From Convolutriloba macropyga (Eukaryota), in assembly GCF_964194025.1 (NCBI RefSeq), contig NC_134476.1:34410001-34474000 (forward strand): a DNA stretch of 64,000 bases, written 5' to 3'. The notes beneath the pieces were generated by a model, which searched no databases, was not told where the DNA came from, and saw only the letters and a list, made by a program, of their open reading frames with translations. The translations under genes and the position numbers were made by a program. Positions 49,988 to 62,540 of this stretch are shown one piece after another (position 1 is the stretch's first letter; every line of letters begins with the position of its first letter).

Positions 49988-52939
49988 AACAAGGAGGCTT
50001 GGTAATGTGAATACGCACATAATGTTCCGACCCCGCTCATCCACATTCTTAACTTAATTGGCTACCAAATGATGAAGAGATCAAAAACATAGATATCGTT
50101 CAATAAACAACCAATGGAATATAATAATGCCACGCTAGAGGGCCGATGACAGTTTTTGATAATAGAACTACTAAAAAAGACCATTAAAAAATCAGAAAAC
50201 AAACATTATTTACGACCACAACTCGATGTCTACAATAGAAAAAATCAGAACAAAATCAAACTCGCGTCAGATAAAATCTAAACAAAACAGTTTAACCTAT
50301 ACTTCATTAGCAAAAACATGGCACCAGTTCTCAATGCGACTGGTTAACAGGTCGAAAAAAAGTTAAAAAATAGCAAAGAGGTGCAAAGTTAAAAACGTTT
50401 ATAATTTTGAAAACAATTAACTTCACAATTATTAATGTAATAAGATATCACCTGAAATTTTCATTTATATCTCCATAGGAAGCAATTGAGACATACCAGA
50501 ATTCAATCTTCAATTGCGCAAATTTTAAAAACCAATGGGACTTACGATTATTGTTATAAACCAAAAAAAAATAAAAATCCTCTAAAATGTACAAATATAT
50601 AAAAATCTCAAACATTTTATGAAGTCTCGTAGTAAAAGTAGTAAAAAAGCCCAGGAACAAAAATTTGAAGCTCAAACTGTTACATGGTAAATTTATAGCC
50701 CACTGCAAACGGGTTGTGACCTGTGTTTACAAAGACTGAACTACAATTTCACCAAAAAATAATTTTTAAAAATGACAAAGCTCAAAAAGCCGAATTTGTT
50801 TTGGAAACAAATATTTCCAATAGTCAAAACAGATTTAAGATTTCAACAAAACGCGATGGATTAGGTTTAACACCTCAAGAAGCCAATTGGGCCTATTAAT
50901 AATGAGACCACTCCACGACCCCACAAAATAACAAATACATAAACACACAAAGAAGCCAAAACTTCAAATAGTTTCACGACATCACACTATTCAAAGCACT
51001 ACACCTATAAGATGTTACCTGCAAGAACTGTAAATCATCCTTTTCTCCTCATCCTAACATCAACGAGCCTTTCCTATAAAAGGACAACGTAGACACGACA
51101 ACAAAAAGAAACCCGAAAACTGAACAAAATATAAATCTGAACAGTATAAAAATAATTGGTCGCAGCAATCAGTCACATACTAAAACAAAGCGCAACAGAA
51201 GTGGATGAATTACCAACGTAAATAAGACTTATAATCAGTGAGATTGAGTTAGATGGTGACCAAATTGAAAGCAAAAAGAGACAGTTGAAAAAATCTGTTT
51301 TAAATAATTTAATTTGAAAATCATTAAAACAAATAACAATAAACTGAAATCTTTATCTAGGTGGAGTTATATGTCCTGGGGAATCAATTGAGACCTATCG
51401 TTATCAGGAACATGGCGGACAACAACAAAAGGAAAGAAACATAAAAACAACAAAAAAATACACAAAATTTTGCGAGATAACTTGGTCTCAGCCCAAAAAG
51501 CGTTAACTAGTCAACAAAAACAATTAATATATACAGATACGCATTTTTCCAACGCTGTTCAAACTTTTTACTATGCTTTCTTTCAATTAGATTTGCCAAC
51601 AATGTGATATTTCGAGAACGAAACGAAATGGACTCATAAAAAGTGCAATTATGCTCAAAAATAAAAATGAAAAAAATTATTTGAAAACGCGTAGTATCAA
51701 AACAAGGAAAACATAAGTTGAATTTAAAACCGTTTTCAACAATAATGTATTATTCACACGGAATTGGTATTTGCCTGTTTTTACTGAGGCTGCGCCCGAA
51801 GTTGAGAGAGGACAAAATAGTGGCAAATTTCAAAAATTAACCGATCTTTTCTTAAACAAATATATTCAGAGTCATAAGAGACATTACAACTGAAAGAATT
51901 GTCTAGGTTCATCTATACCTCCTAAAAAATTAACTGCATCTTTGATTGGGGACACTAAGTCGGGCTACAAAAAGTATAACAAATGAAAGCAAAACTCAAT
52001 AGGTCTATAAAACTTTTACGAAAACAATTGGTCAAAGCCAAAATCATGAGCTTAACTCTTAAATCATATTATAATTTCGTTGGAAATCTTTTTTGAAAAA
52101 AGTATCTGTCATTAATTGAGCCCTGAATTGAGATTCTTGTCAGAAATTTACATAAAAACATTTACAGAGCGGAAGTGCTTTGAAAAAAAGGTCGCGCCCC
52201 ATTTAAATCTAAAAAAATTTTTATCGTCAGGATCCACGGTGAGATCAAGATATTGCTGCGCGTCTAAAAAACATTCAATTGTTCAAATGATTGCGAAATA
52301 GATCAATTCTTAAACAAAATTTTCAGTTTGTCAAAAAATAAATAATGCTTTTTTTTGTAATTATCGAGTTTAAATTTGCAAAAAACTTGCAAAATTATTA
52401 TGCAGAAGACTCATAAAGCAAGCGGGATTACATCTAGCTCCTTTCTGAGCTTAACAAGATTTCGACCGCAGTTTTAAGGTGTCTACTTCCAGCAAATTCA
52501 AAGCAAGTGGGCTAAAAAAAAGCAAATGTGGTCCTATTTTTCTCGAAAAAAGTCTGATTTTTGAAAAATTTAGCATAAATTCTAGCCAAAAAACTGGGAT
52601 CGAACAACTCAGCAACCCTCTTTTATCTTTAGAGATGAAATAAAAAGCAGTACAGTTCACAATTTTTACATTTTTTTAAGCAAAATTGACAAAAATTTGG
52701 TCAAAAATACTGAAAATGTGAATAAAAACAGCAATTATTCACAAAACTTTAAACCTCGATAATTCCCTATAAAAAGCGAAAATCTTTTTAATTCCTTATT
52801 CTATGCTGGACTGGCTTTCTAATGATACCACTCACAACTCTCTACGATGATTATATCGATCGGCCAAAATTGACTGAACAAAAAAAACCCATTTGAGTAT
52901 ATAGTTCCTCCCTCCCCACTAAAGTGGGGGTCGGAACAA
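49988..52939 (+). mobile_element. Helentron/DINE-1-like element, copy 3 (best-preserved ends)
   Basis: AACAAGGAGG start; subTIR TGTTCCGACCCC (50023-50034) is the exact reverse complement of GGGGTCGGAACA (52927-52938); terminal hairpin CCCCACT-AA-AGTGGGG. Confidence 0.7.
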
Positions 52940-53119
52940 TAGCGACCCACATATGAGCAGCAGCTCCAAAAATAACAAATTGTTGCTACAGTTTTTAACA
53001 TTTACGCAAACATTTTTGCTCGGATTGCCATTCGAAGCAAAAAGTAGACGAAAAACGTGATAGATTGATGACAAGAAAAGGACAAATTAGATGCAGTTTT
53101 TAAGAGGCAGACAAGAGAA

Positions 53120-54212
53120 TCAAAATTCGTCAATTTCACAAATTCGAATAAGCACGCATATTTTGCCATCAGTCAACCATTCAGATGAATTTTTGTAAAT
53201 TTCGGTCATTTTCAGAAACTTATTGCAGCCTTCTTTGCGCACATTTGCATCGAATTTTCCGGAACAATTTTTTCGAATCGATTTACTGTCGCAGGCCCAA
53301 TTATATAGCGTGATCCGGAATCGCACTTGGACACTCAAAATTTTGTAGAACTGATTTTGTAGAACTGCTGAATTTGTAGAACTGATAATTAACAAAGCCT
53401 GTTTGCAATGGACTTCCACCTTTTTTAGATACCAATTGACTAAAGTCAATTAAAAAGCTAAAATTATGAAGATCCAGAGTCAAAAAAATTTTAGCTTTAT
53501 CTCGTTCGATCAAAGTCAGAAATGTTGACACAATTGCATAATCAGCATCTGTGCGCTCACCTTTTCCGATTGTTTTGAGAGCCTCAACTTCGTCCTTGAA
53601 AGAATCATTGGCGGCTTGAAGAAACTTAAATCTGTCGATTTCTTTCTCGTGTTGCTCTGACATTTCTTTCAAGTCCTCGAGGTCAGCATGCAAATGAGTT
53701 AAAATTTCGCTCATAGCATCTTTCTTTTCCTCGAGCAATGGAAGTCGTTCCAGCGCTTCGTTTACCAACGAAGGCAACGCATATTTCATCATTCGCAAGT
53801 TGCAGTCACGATGATCGCCATCAATGCATTTGTGACAAACAGCTTCCCTACAATCATTACACCAAAATTCACAATCAGTCTTTGAGTGTTCATTGCATGG
53901 CGGATACTTTTCAGGTGCGTTTTTCTGGTCAGAAAGATCATTGGAAATGGACAAATTAAGCTTTCCGATCTTTTCAATGGCATCACGAATTCCATACAGA
54001 GGACTCAAATCATCCATCTCTATTTTATGCAGCATATTGCAAATTGCGCATTTAACGTAGCCTTCACCGTTGCATAGATTAGTGAGACAAGTTTTTGGTG
54101 GTCCACAAAAAAGATGACCACAGGGTAACACTCGTGGATCGCTGAATATTTCGGAACACACAGAACAATCAAAACCTGTAAGAGAATTTTCAGGTTCTCC
54201 CCCCATAGCCAT
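53120..54212 (-). pseudogene. RING-B-box-coiled-coil-MATH TRIM-like gene C, MATH domain disrupted
   Basis: RING CSVC..PCGHLFCGPPKTC..CAIC; B-box CNEH..CNDC..CHKC..H; replacement lesion at 53342-53385 and frameshift at about 53327; MATH tail ITLYNW..WLTDGKICVLIRI in another frame. Confidence 0.88.
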
Positions 54213-54424
54213 GTCGAAAATCTGAAAAAAAAATTTGAAGTTCATTTGAGACCAATGATTTCACGAATAAATAAAACTCAATCATTAATAGTCTAAACTC
54301 ATTAATACTGTCGTAAATTGGCATTATGATACTCATAATTTATTTAGCCAGGATCTGATCTGCTATTAAATTGGCAGCCGTCGGGAAAATTCTTTTAATA
54401 CCCAAAGTGGCTTGAGTTTTTAAA

Positions 54425-54990
54425 ATTTTTTCGCACCTCTTAAACAAAAGTTCGATGCAATCATGATGGTAAAAAAGTTTTGTTTTGTTCAAGCTCACAA
54501 TTGTGGCATAAGGCTCTTCCCACTTTGACAAGATTCTATCATCTAATTTTTTCAGGAAAATTGTGCTTCCTCGGGCCATCTTAACACCAACGCTGTACAC
54601 AAGTGGAGTAAACGATATGGCTTCTCCTGACTGCAATGCTTTAAAATATCTCTCTTTTCACATCAGTGCAGCTCTAATACCTCTACCAATTTACTGTTGC
54701 AGTAAGATTTTGCCGTTGTCATTGACACGGAAAGCAAATCAAGCAGTTTCTTGAGAACCCCCATACTTCCTCACTTATTGATCGGTCCTTTGAACTGGAT
54801 TAATCTCTGATTGTTCTCTGATGACTGGTTTTTTGGGTGTAAGGCCACGCCATGCGAGCGCATTCCCCTAACACAATTCTTATTTCATTATGCCTTTCGG
54901 TAATGAGGCCGCTTTTATACATATAAGCGCATACTGAACATTAAAATCTTCGCCGCAACCTTCAAATTTTACTGTAAGACATTGTACTTG
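54425..54990 (-). mobile_element. CRE-clade non-LTR retrotransposon 3' fragment (zinc finger plus restriction-like endonuclease)
   Basis: Frameshifted pieces GCGEDFNVQYALIC, GLITERHNEIR, SFTPLVYSV..MA....FLKKL....KWEEPY and FTIMIASNFCLRG match the CRE C-terminal pattern. Confidence 0.75.
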
Positions 54991-55859
54991 GAGCCCATCG
55001 GCAGGAAAAATCTATCTAACAATTTAATATAATCCCAAATAGGTTACAAGCAAAAAGAGCTTTACAAGATACGTATATTAAAAGAAAAGGACGGTCAAAT
55101 ATCAAGCATTAGAACCACCCAAGTTTCATCTGCCACGCACATTCATTGTTCGTCCAGACCCCTGATAACCACGACCTGTTCAATCAACTCTGTCTGAAGG
55201 CTCTCATTTTGTTTGACCTTACAGAGTGTTGAACAATGGAAACTATCTAAAACAGAAAAGTATTACAAAATAATGTCGGGCGAATTTGCTCTCAAACGAC
55301 CGGCAAGCGGTTGGCCCCGGTATTGCCCAGCTGGGGCTTAGAGATGCTAGCATTGAGGGGAGGGTTGCGTGGAGTGGGGTAAGGGTTGGCAGAGGGGGGG
55401 GGGGGGTCAAGCGACGGGGGAAGGAGGGTCAAGTGACGGGGGTAAGGTTGGGAGGGTTGTACGAGTTGGTCTATGCAAACCGTCAACTGAAGAAAGGTGG
55501 ACTGAGGTCGATTAGGGGGAGGCGTTGAGTGGTTGAGGGTGACGGTGGGTCAGATTTTCAAGATTAAGAACCGCACTTCATACATTGAATAAAACTATCT
55601 CCTCAAAAACAGTTTTGATCAAACGCATTCGTAGAGACTGGTAAGGCCACAATAGAGCTTTCTGCCCTCTGGGCGTTAACTGTATCTTTTTTTTGAGGAC
55701 GAAAAGTTGAAAAGCTCGGACAAAAAACCGGTCAAACGCAAAAGCGCATAAAAAGGACTAAGACAACTGGAAACAAATTTTGCTAACTTTTGTAAACAAT
55801 AAGAAAGCTACCATTAAAATACAGCCTCGATTTCCACATAAGCTAATTTTAGGAAAAAA

Positions 55860-56136
55860 ATACCCCGAAATTAGCCCAGTACTCGGAGTGCTCCTCAATA
55901 AATGTCTGCAGGAGGTTATTTTTCCTGGATGTCTTGGAAAAGCAAAAACGCCTTTCTACAAAGACGGTGATCTATCTGACCGTGCAAACTACAGACCGAT
56001 CTCGTTTCTTTCATCACTTGGTAAGCTATTTGAAAAACTCCAGAATTCTAGAGTTTTTCAAATAGCTCACCAAGTGATGTAAAAACTTCTTATGTAAAAA
56101 GAATACTTTCCCCAAAAGCCGATTTGGTTTTCGAGA
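55860..56136 (+). pseudogene. LINE RT N-terminal fragment (CR1/L2/Jockey-type)
   Basis: ISPVL..LLNKCL...FPGCL.KAK.PFYK.GD..D.ANYRPISFLSSLGKLFEK, then FGFR. Confidence 0.85.
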
Positions 56137-56426
56137 AACAATTTGGACGCCATAGCAAAGCAAAAAGACGAAACAAAATTACACGAGTTTAATGCTAAAA
56201 ATTTTATCAAGTGCAAATTCAGTGTTATTAGAAAAAAATTCGATAGGGTGGACTTGACGGTGCTCTAATTGGAGTATTCTACGAAGATTACAGCTGACAT
56301 ATAACATGAATCCACAACCGTCAGGAGAATTACTCTCAAACGACTGTTTGGGCGATGTAATTTAGAGGGGCACAGGCTACAGAAACCTGATTTCTGAGTC
56401 AGAGCATCTTCGATCACTCAAAAAAG

Positions 56427-56626
56427 NNNNNNNNNNNNNNNNNNNNNNNNNNNNNNNNNNNNNNNNNNNNNNNNNNNNNNNNNNNNNNNNNNNNNNNNNN
56501 NNNNNNNNNNNNNNNNNNNNNNNNNNNNNNNNNNNNNNNNNNNNNNNNNNNNNNNNNNNNNNNNNNNNNNNNNNNNNNNNNNNNNNNNNNNNNNNNNNNN
56601 NNNNNNNNNNNNNNNNNNNNNNNNNN
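56427..56626. other. Assembly gap (N)
   Basis: Run of N. Confidence 1.
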
Positions 56627-56679
56627 AGACTCCAATTACACTCGAGAAGTCATTTAATTATTTTGCAGGTCTGCAACAA

Positions 56680-56760
56680 TTGCAGGTAAGTTTATTATAA
56701 AGTGCAGGTAAATTTATTATAAATTGCAGGTAAATTTACATAGATACTGCAAGTAAATTG
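56680..56760. repeat. Minisatellite, about 22-bp unit (TGCAGGTAAATTTATTATAAA)
   Basis: 3-4 copies. Confidence 0.8.
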
Positions 56761-56791
56761 TTTTTTAATGCAACTGACCTAGTGTTTGACC

Positions 56792-57086
56792 CGGACGTAG
56801 TCTTCCCTCCTTTCGGAGTAGTCCTCCCTCCTGGAGTAGGCACAGCTCTACGTAGCGGGTACTCCAGGCACCTGATTCTACCTCAGCAGAATCAAAGACA
56901 ACACTACGGATGCCTGTCCGGACTGCGGTTCCGCGCCTCATAATACAGAACATCTTTTCAAATGCCCAAGGAAACCTAACAGGCTAGATGTTCGGTCACT
57001 TTGGGATAAACCAGTTCCAGTAGCCACGTTTGTCGGTCTACAAACCAGGATTTATTCCTCACTCCCTCACGGCTACAAGAACAACA
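56792..57086 (+). mobile_element. 5'-truncated non-LTR retrotransposon (RTEX-like 3' end)
   Basis: TSD ACCTAGTGTTTGACC at 56777-56791 and 57087-57101; coding tail LRSGYS..YLSRI..CPDCGSAPHNTEHLFKCP..LWDKP; (ACA)n tail. Confidence 0.85.
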
Positions 57087-57993
57087 ACCTAGTGTTTGAC
57101 CGCAAAATTATCGTAATATTCGAGGCCAGACTTGAAGGTGATACGGTACAAAATCAACAGGCAAGGAACTTGACAAAATCACGATAGATTGCTCCAACGA
57201 AAACAGTCCTATTCAGATCAAAGTTCTTACTCCTGCGGGCTTAGGCAGCAATCAACGTCGTTTTCTGGTTATTTCCAGTGAACTATCAAAGAGATTAGCC
57301 AGATCGCTACGCCACAGCTGTAAGAATGAAATGAGTAAAACTGCCTCGTTTTTTTTCTCTGAGATATAGCGAAAATAAAAGACCAAAAACAGAGAAAGCA
57401 ACCCTATACTGAGAAAAAACAATGCCGTCGTTCATGAGCTTGATGCGATTTTCGACACGCAAGTCAAAAGAAATAAACCAAATTTTCAAGAAGTCTCCTT
57501 CAATCCTGCTCTGACAACGGCAGATAGAACTTAATAACTATACCTCTGCGATCAAAACGTGCAAGGGAAAGCAATAATTAGGGAAATTATACAAGACACG
57601 GTGTGGCAGTGTGTATGAAGAAACGTGGCGTTCAGTTAAGAAAAAATCCTATAAACTGTCTCAATTTTATTACTGTATGCCAAATTTACTCTCTTTTGCA
57701 CAAGTGTGGCCACTGATCACTATCTTTCTATTGACTCTAAACCGATTGATTGTTTGACAGAAACTTGGCCAGTCGAATCAACTCATGATATTTTTTTTTC
57801 TGGAACACAGTTCACAGTTGTTCTTCGATTCCATCGGGTTTCTGAAACAACGGCCGGATTCTTTAGCACCATTCGCTCTCTCGGTTTGCTTTATGAAGTA
57901 GGTCTATCTGTTTGTTCTTTTGACAAGCATGGAAAAAATCAACTAAATGGACTGATTTGGTATTATCGTGTAACGAATAAATTCTCTGAAAAA

Positions 57994-58340
57994 ATTTTTT
58001 CTAAAACTTTTGCACAAAAAGTCAGCTATAAATCGATTGAACAACGCGACAGGCTTTCTAATCAAACCGCACATAGAATTCTGCGCAAAATAAATAGATC
58101 GGGCAAAAATGACTGAAAAAAAAATCCCAATTGAGCATATAGTTCCTCCTCAGAACAAGTGGATCCACTCGTTCTGATCAGGAACTATATGCTCAACTGC
58201 ATATATACTGAATTTTATTTTTCAGTCGTTTTTGTCCTATCTATTTATTTTGCGCAAAATCTATGAGTGGTTTTATTAGAAAGCCTGTCGCGTTGTAGAA
58301 CCGAATTAACAGACTCTTTGTGCAAAAGTTTTAGAAAAAT
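57994..58340. repeat. About 350-bp loopless palindrome made of two Helentron-like right ends
   Basis: Centre AGTGGA|TCCACT at 58163/58164; arms resemble 52851-52925 and 47371-47440. Confidence 0.9.
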
Positions 58341-58352
58341 CTTTTCTGTTAA

Positions 58353-58453
58353 TATTGAATATAGAACTGAAGATAGCCGAATAACTCAGAAGTCTTGAAA
58401 AATCTTTCAAGACCTCTGATTTATTCAGCTATCTTCAATTCTATATTCCAATA
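58353..58453. repeat. About 100-bp fold-back (MITE-like hairpin)
   Basis: GAATATAGAACTGAAGATAGCCGAATAA...TCTTGAAA pairs with TTTCAAGA...TTATTCAGCTATCTTCAATTCTATATTC. Confidence 0.85.
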
Positions 58454-58542
58454 ATGACAAGTTTCGAATGTCGTCTTACAAAACTTTACCTGTCAAGTGT
58501 CATATCAATAATCAGTATTAACGTTTGATTCAAATTGCATAC

Positions 58543-58623
58543 TATTGGTACTACCTTAATTTTTGGTACTACCTTAATATTGGCACTACCTTAATATTAG
58601 TTTATTATTGGAACTACCTTAAT
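58543..58623. repeat. Minisatellite TATTGGTACTACCTTAA, about 4 copies
   Basis: Direct inspection. Confidence 0.85.
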
Positions 58624-58803
58624 TCAGCTTCTTTGTGAAATGCGTTGGAAGTAATCTTTCATTAGAAATCGCATACCTGAGTTAGCAAACATGCAAATAC
58701 TGTCAAATCAATTTTGGATTGAGTATGTAGTGAAGGATTAGCCAATTACTGCCCCGCAAGCTTGTTTTTTTTCTGTTATTCAATTTAAACATTTTCGGTT
58801 TGC

Positions 58804-61800
58804 TGTGAAACCTCTCGGACGTCTGATTGCTGTTTCTTATGACCACAATTTTCATACTCTCTCGGTAAATTTATATGCTAGCTCTCAGTTTTTCCTCAGA
58901 ACAAAATATTTCACAGGTTGCAGTGTAAAAAATTTTGTCAATTGCATTCTCAAACAGTATGTCAGTTATTCATATGTCCAATAATGCTCGTAGTGCAGAC
59001 AAATTCCGACTCCGCTAACTCAATCAAATAAGAGTCAAAATTATAACAAAGTAGCTACTATACTGAAACAAGACCGAGATTCACAAAAAACTCAGCGTCA
59101 ATAAACAGAACGTGAATTGTCAAAAACATGCAGTAAAAAAAATTCCCCCAAAGTAATTCACAGAAAAGACTTTGTAGTTGAGGCACAAGAGGCAAAAACG
59201 GGTACAAAAAAACAACGCATTTCAAACATATTATATGAGCAGAATCAATAATTAACGATACCTTGAGAACTCTGTTCTGTTTTCACCCAACCGCTGAATA
59301 CTTGACTAAATAATTAAAGGACTGCTAAAATTGCTTTATAGAATGAGATAATCTAACAATTTTATACTTTAGTTAAGCTGTATCTATTTATTGTAAGGAA
59401 TCGCTATATCTGAGCACAAACAATAGATAATCACGGGACGACAACTGATTAACTAGCCATATATTTCATTTGTTGTATTTTAATTCAAACCAATCAGATT
59501 AGTTGACCAAAATTAAGCATTCGGCTCTGATTCTCTCTTTTTCTCATTCGGCTCCGCGCCCGTTTGGCTCTGATGCCTAGCACATTCATGTTGAATGAAT
59601 CGTTCCATAAGTATTAGTTCCTGGGCAAATGGTCACAAAGGCATTTAAAAAATATATATAACAACGCCAGTCATAAATGATTCTGGATGTCGAAACAAAA
59701 CATTTTTTGAAACGGCTTCAATAAATGTTCATCGAGTAGTTTCTTCAACTAAACGTAAGTGTAAACTGCGCTATGCAAATGGAACAAAAAATGAACGGCC
59801 AGACAAAAGGCTCATTCGCAAGATCAGTCAAAAATTTTAAGTTCAAAATTTCAAGACATGACTGAGCCACAATGAGGTTTATATTTAGAAAACCAATCAA
59901 AATAGCAAAATAGAAAATCAATCAAAATAACAAAATAGCAAAAACAAACTCCCGTTTAAATAATTTCCTACAAAATCTGCATATTTGAGTTTATTCTTTT
60001 TCTCGAGAGGCTATCACAAATCTTCACCAGAACGCAAACTTTACCATTACGCAACCAATCATCACGATGTGAAACCTCTCGGATGTCTGATTGCTGTTTC
60101 TTATGACCACACTTTTCCTACTCTCTCGGTAATTTTATAAGCTAGCTCTGTTTTTCGTCAGAAAAAAATATTTCCAGCAAGTTGCAGTAAAAAACAGTTT
60201 GTCAATTGTATTCTCAAACAGTATGTCAGTTATTCATATGTCCAATAATGCTCGTAGAGCAGCCAAATTTGAATCAGACTGCTAACTAAATCAAATAAGA
60301 GTCAAAAATATCATCAAGTAGCTACTATACTGAAACAAGGCTGAGATTGCCACCCAGCTCTGCGTCTATAAGCAGAACACGAATCGTCAATAACATGCAG
60401 TAAAAAATTCCCCCGAAGTAATTCACAGAAAAGACTGAAGTTGAGGCACAAGAGGCAAAAACGGGTACAAAAAAACAATGCATTTCAAACATATTATATG
60501 AGCAGAATCAATCATTAACGATGCCTTGAGAACTCTGTTCTGTTTTCACCCGACTCGTCGGTGGGGGAACCGTATGCTCTGCTGGGTGTTTACTTGTACT
60601 CATTTTTGACCGATCGATAGATTTCACACAGTGCTATCATTAAAAACCCGTCGCTCGTAAGTTAGTTTAACAGGAGGTTTTACCAAAATTAATTTCAAGG
60701 AGCTATTGAGGTTGGATTTTTTTACCAATAGCCGGTTTCTCAAATTTAGTCATTCTTTCATTTTTATGAGACCCTATGGAGTAGATTTCCTTTCTTTTAG
60801 CGGCAATCCTCAAGATAAAACCATAACAGCAAAAACAAAAACCGAGAAAGGCAATATGGAGAAAAAACAGTAAAAATAACAAGAAAAACCGGTCTCTCTT
60901 TATACAAACCGGCCATTCATCTCTGCAAAGTGTCTCATCTCTGCAGAGATAATAACAGTATACCGCTAGTGCAAAAAGTGCTTAAACAATTCTTCTGTAA
61001 CAATAAAACGATAAAGTGTTGTCAAAATCCCAAAGAAACTAATACAAGCCAAAACTTGACCTACATGGATCACCTTTCTGAAGCAATAAAAATGAAATAG
61101 AAACTAATCAAATCAAATGGAGATAGAAACAACTTTAAAAATGAGAGCAGCCAAAAAACTCGTATGCCGTAAAAAAATGAAAAAGAAGACAAAATTGCCA
61201 ACAATTGTGTTTAAAAAAGCAAATAAACAGCATATCTCGAAATGGCATCATTAAATATGTAATGATGCTCATCAAAGATTCGGAAAGTGGCCAAAAATGC
61301 TTCCCAAGGTGGATTTAAAACTTGAAGAAAACATTTTCACTTGAAAATTCAAAGCCAAAAATAAAGACTTCATTGAAAAAGCTGCGCTTTTGGCAACTGT
61401 TTGTTTCACCCTCTTAGAATTAAGGACGCACATATCCATACTACTTTTCTCACTGTACTCTGATTCTGACTATTGTCCGGCAGCTTGACCACAAAGAATA
61501 TTCACAATTGCAGAATTTCCTCTTTAACTGACAATCGACCGAAAAAAATGAGATCAAAATAGTTCGTCCCTATCGTAGGCCCAGGGGCTCAACTCTCACT
61601 CCGCGGCTATTAAAAACAATAAAATTTCCTCCAATAGTCAGGTCCAGTTGTCATCCCACAGCAAAAACTAAATTGAAAGAGGAAAACAATTTCCGAAAAA
61701 ATCAAAATGGAGCTGACAGAAGCGTCATCAGGACCAACAAGTAAAGCATCATCAGATGATGATATATTGACCGATGAATATTTGACTAATTAACAATTTG

Positions 61801-62540
61801 ATAATCCAACAATTTTAGTCTAGTTAAGCTGTATCTATTTATTGTAAGGACTCGCTATATCTATATTTAGATGGATTGTGGCCAAGGAGGGGCTGAGTGG
61901 AGCGCAACCTGAGCACAGACCATAGATAATCAGAGGACAACAACGGATTAACTAGCCATTTATTTCATTTGTTGTATTTTAATTTAAACCAATCCAATTA
62001 GTTGACCAATCAAAATTAAGCATTCGGCTGTGATTCTCTCTTTTTCTCATTCGTCTCCGCGCCCATTCGGCTCTGAAGCCTAGCACATTCATGTTGAATG
62101 AATCGTTCCACACGCATTAGATCCTGGGCAAATGGTCACAAAGGCTTTTAAAATAAAATATATAACAACGCCGGTCATAAATGATTCTAGATGTCGAAAC
62201 AAAACAGTTTGCCAAACAGTTTCATTAAATTTTCATCAAGTAGTTTTTCAACTAAACGTAAATGTGAACTGCGCTAAGCAAATGGAACAAAAAATGAACG
62301 GCCAGACAAAAGGCTCATTCGCAAGATCAGTCAAAAATTTTAAGTTCAAAATTTCAAGACATGACTTAACCACAATGAGGTTTAGATTTAGAAAGTCAAT
62401 CAAAATAGCAAAAACAAACTCTCTCGTTTAAATAATTTGTTACAAAATCTGCATATTTGCGTTAATTCTTTTTCTCGAGAGGCTATCACAAATCTTCACC
62501 AGAACGCAAAGTTTACCATTACGCAACCAATCATCACGAT
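58804..62540. repeat. Tandem duplication A-B / A'-X-B'
   Basis: A 58804-59288 matches A' 60068-60551; B 59291-60068 matches B' 61771-62540; X (about 60555-61770) is present only in the second copy. Confidence 0.9.
59968..60068 (-). pseudogene. 3' fragment of TRIM-MATH gene D
   Basis: Copy of the last ~33 codons (RDDWLRNGK.CVLVKICDSLSRKRI..NMQIL*) carried by the duplication. Confidence 0.85.

Noticed and set aside
55286-55550. GC-rich ORFs
   Set aside because: Low-complexity G-rich tract with no recognisable domain.
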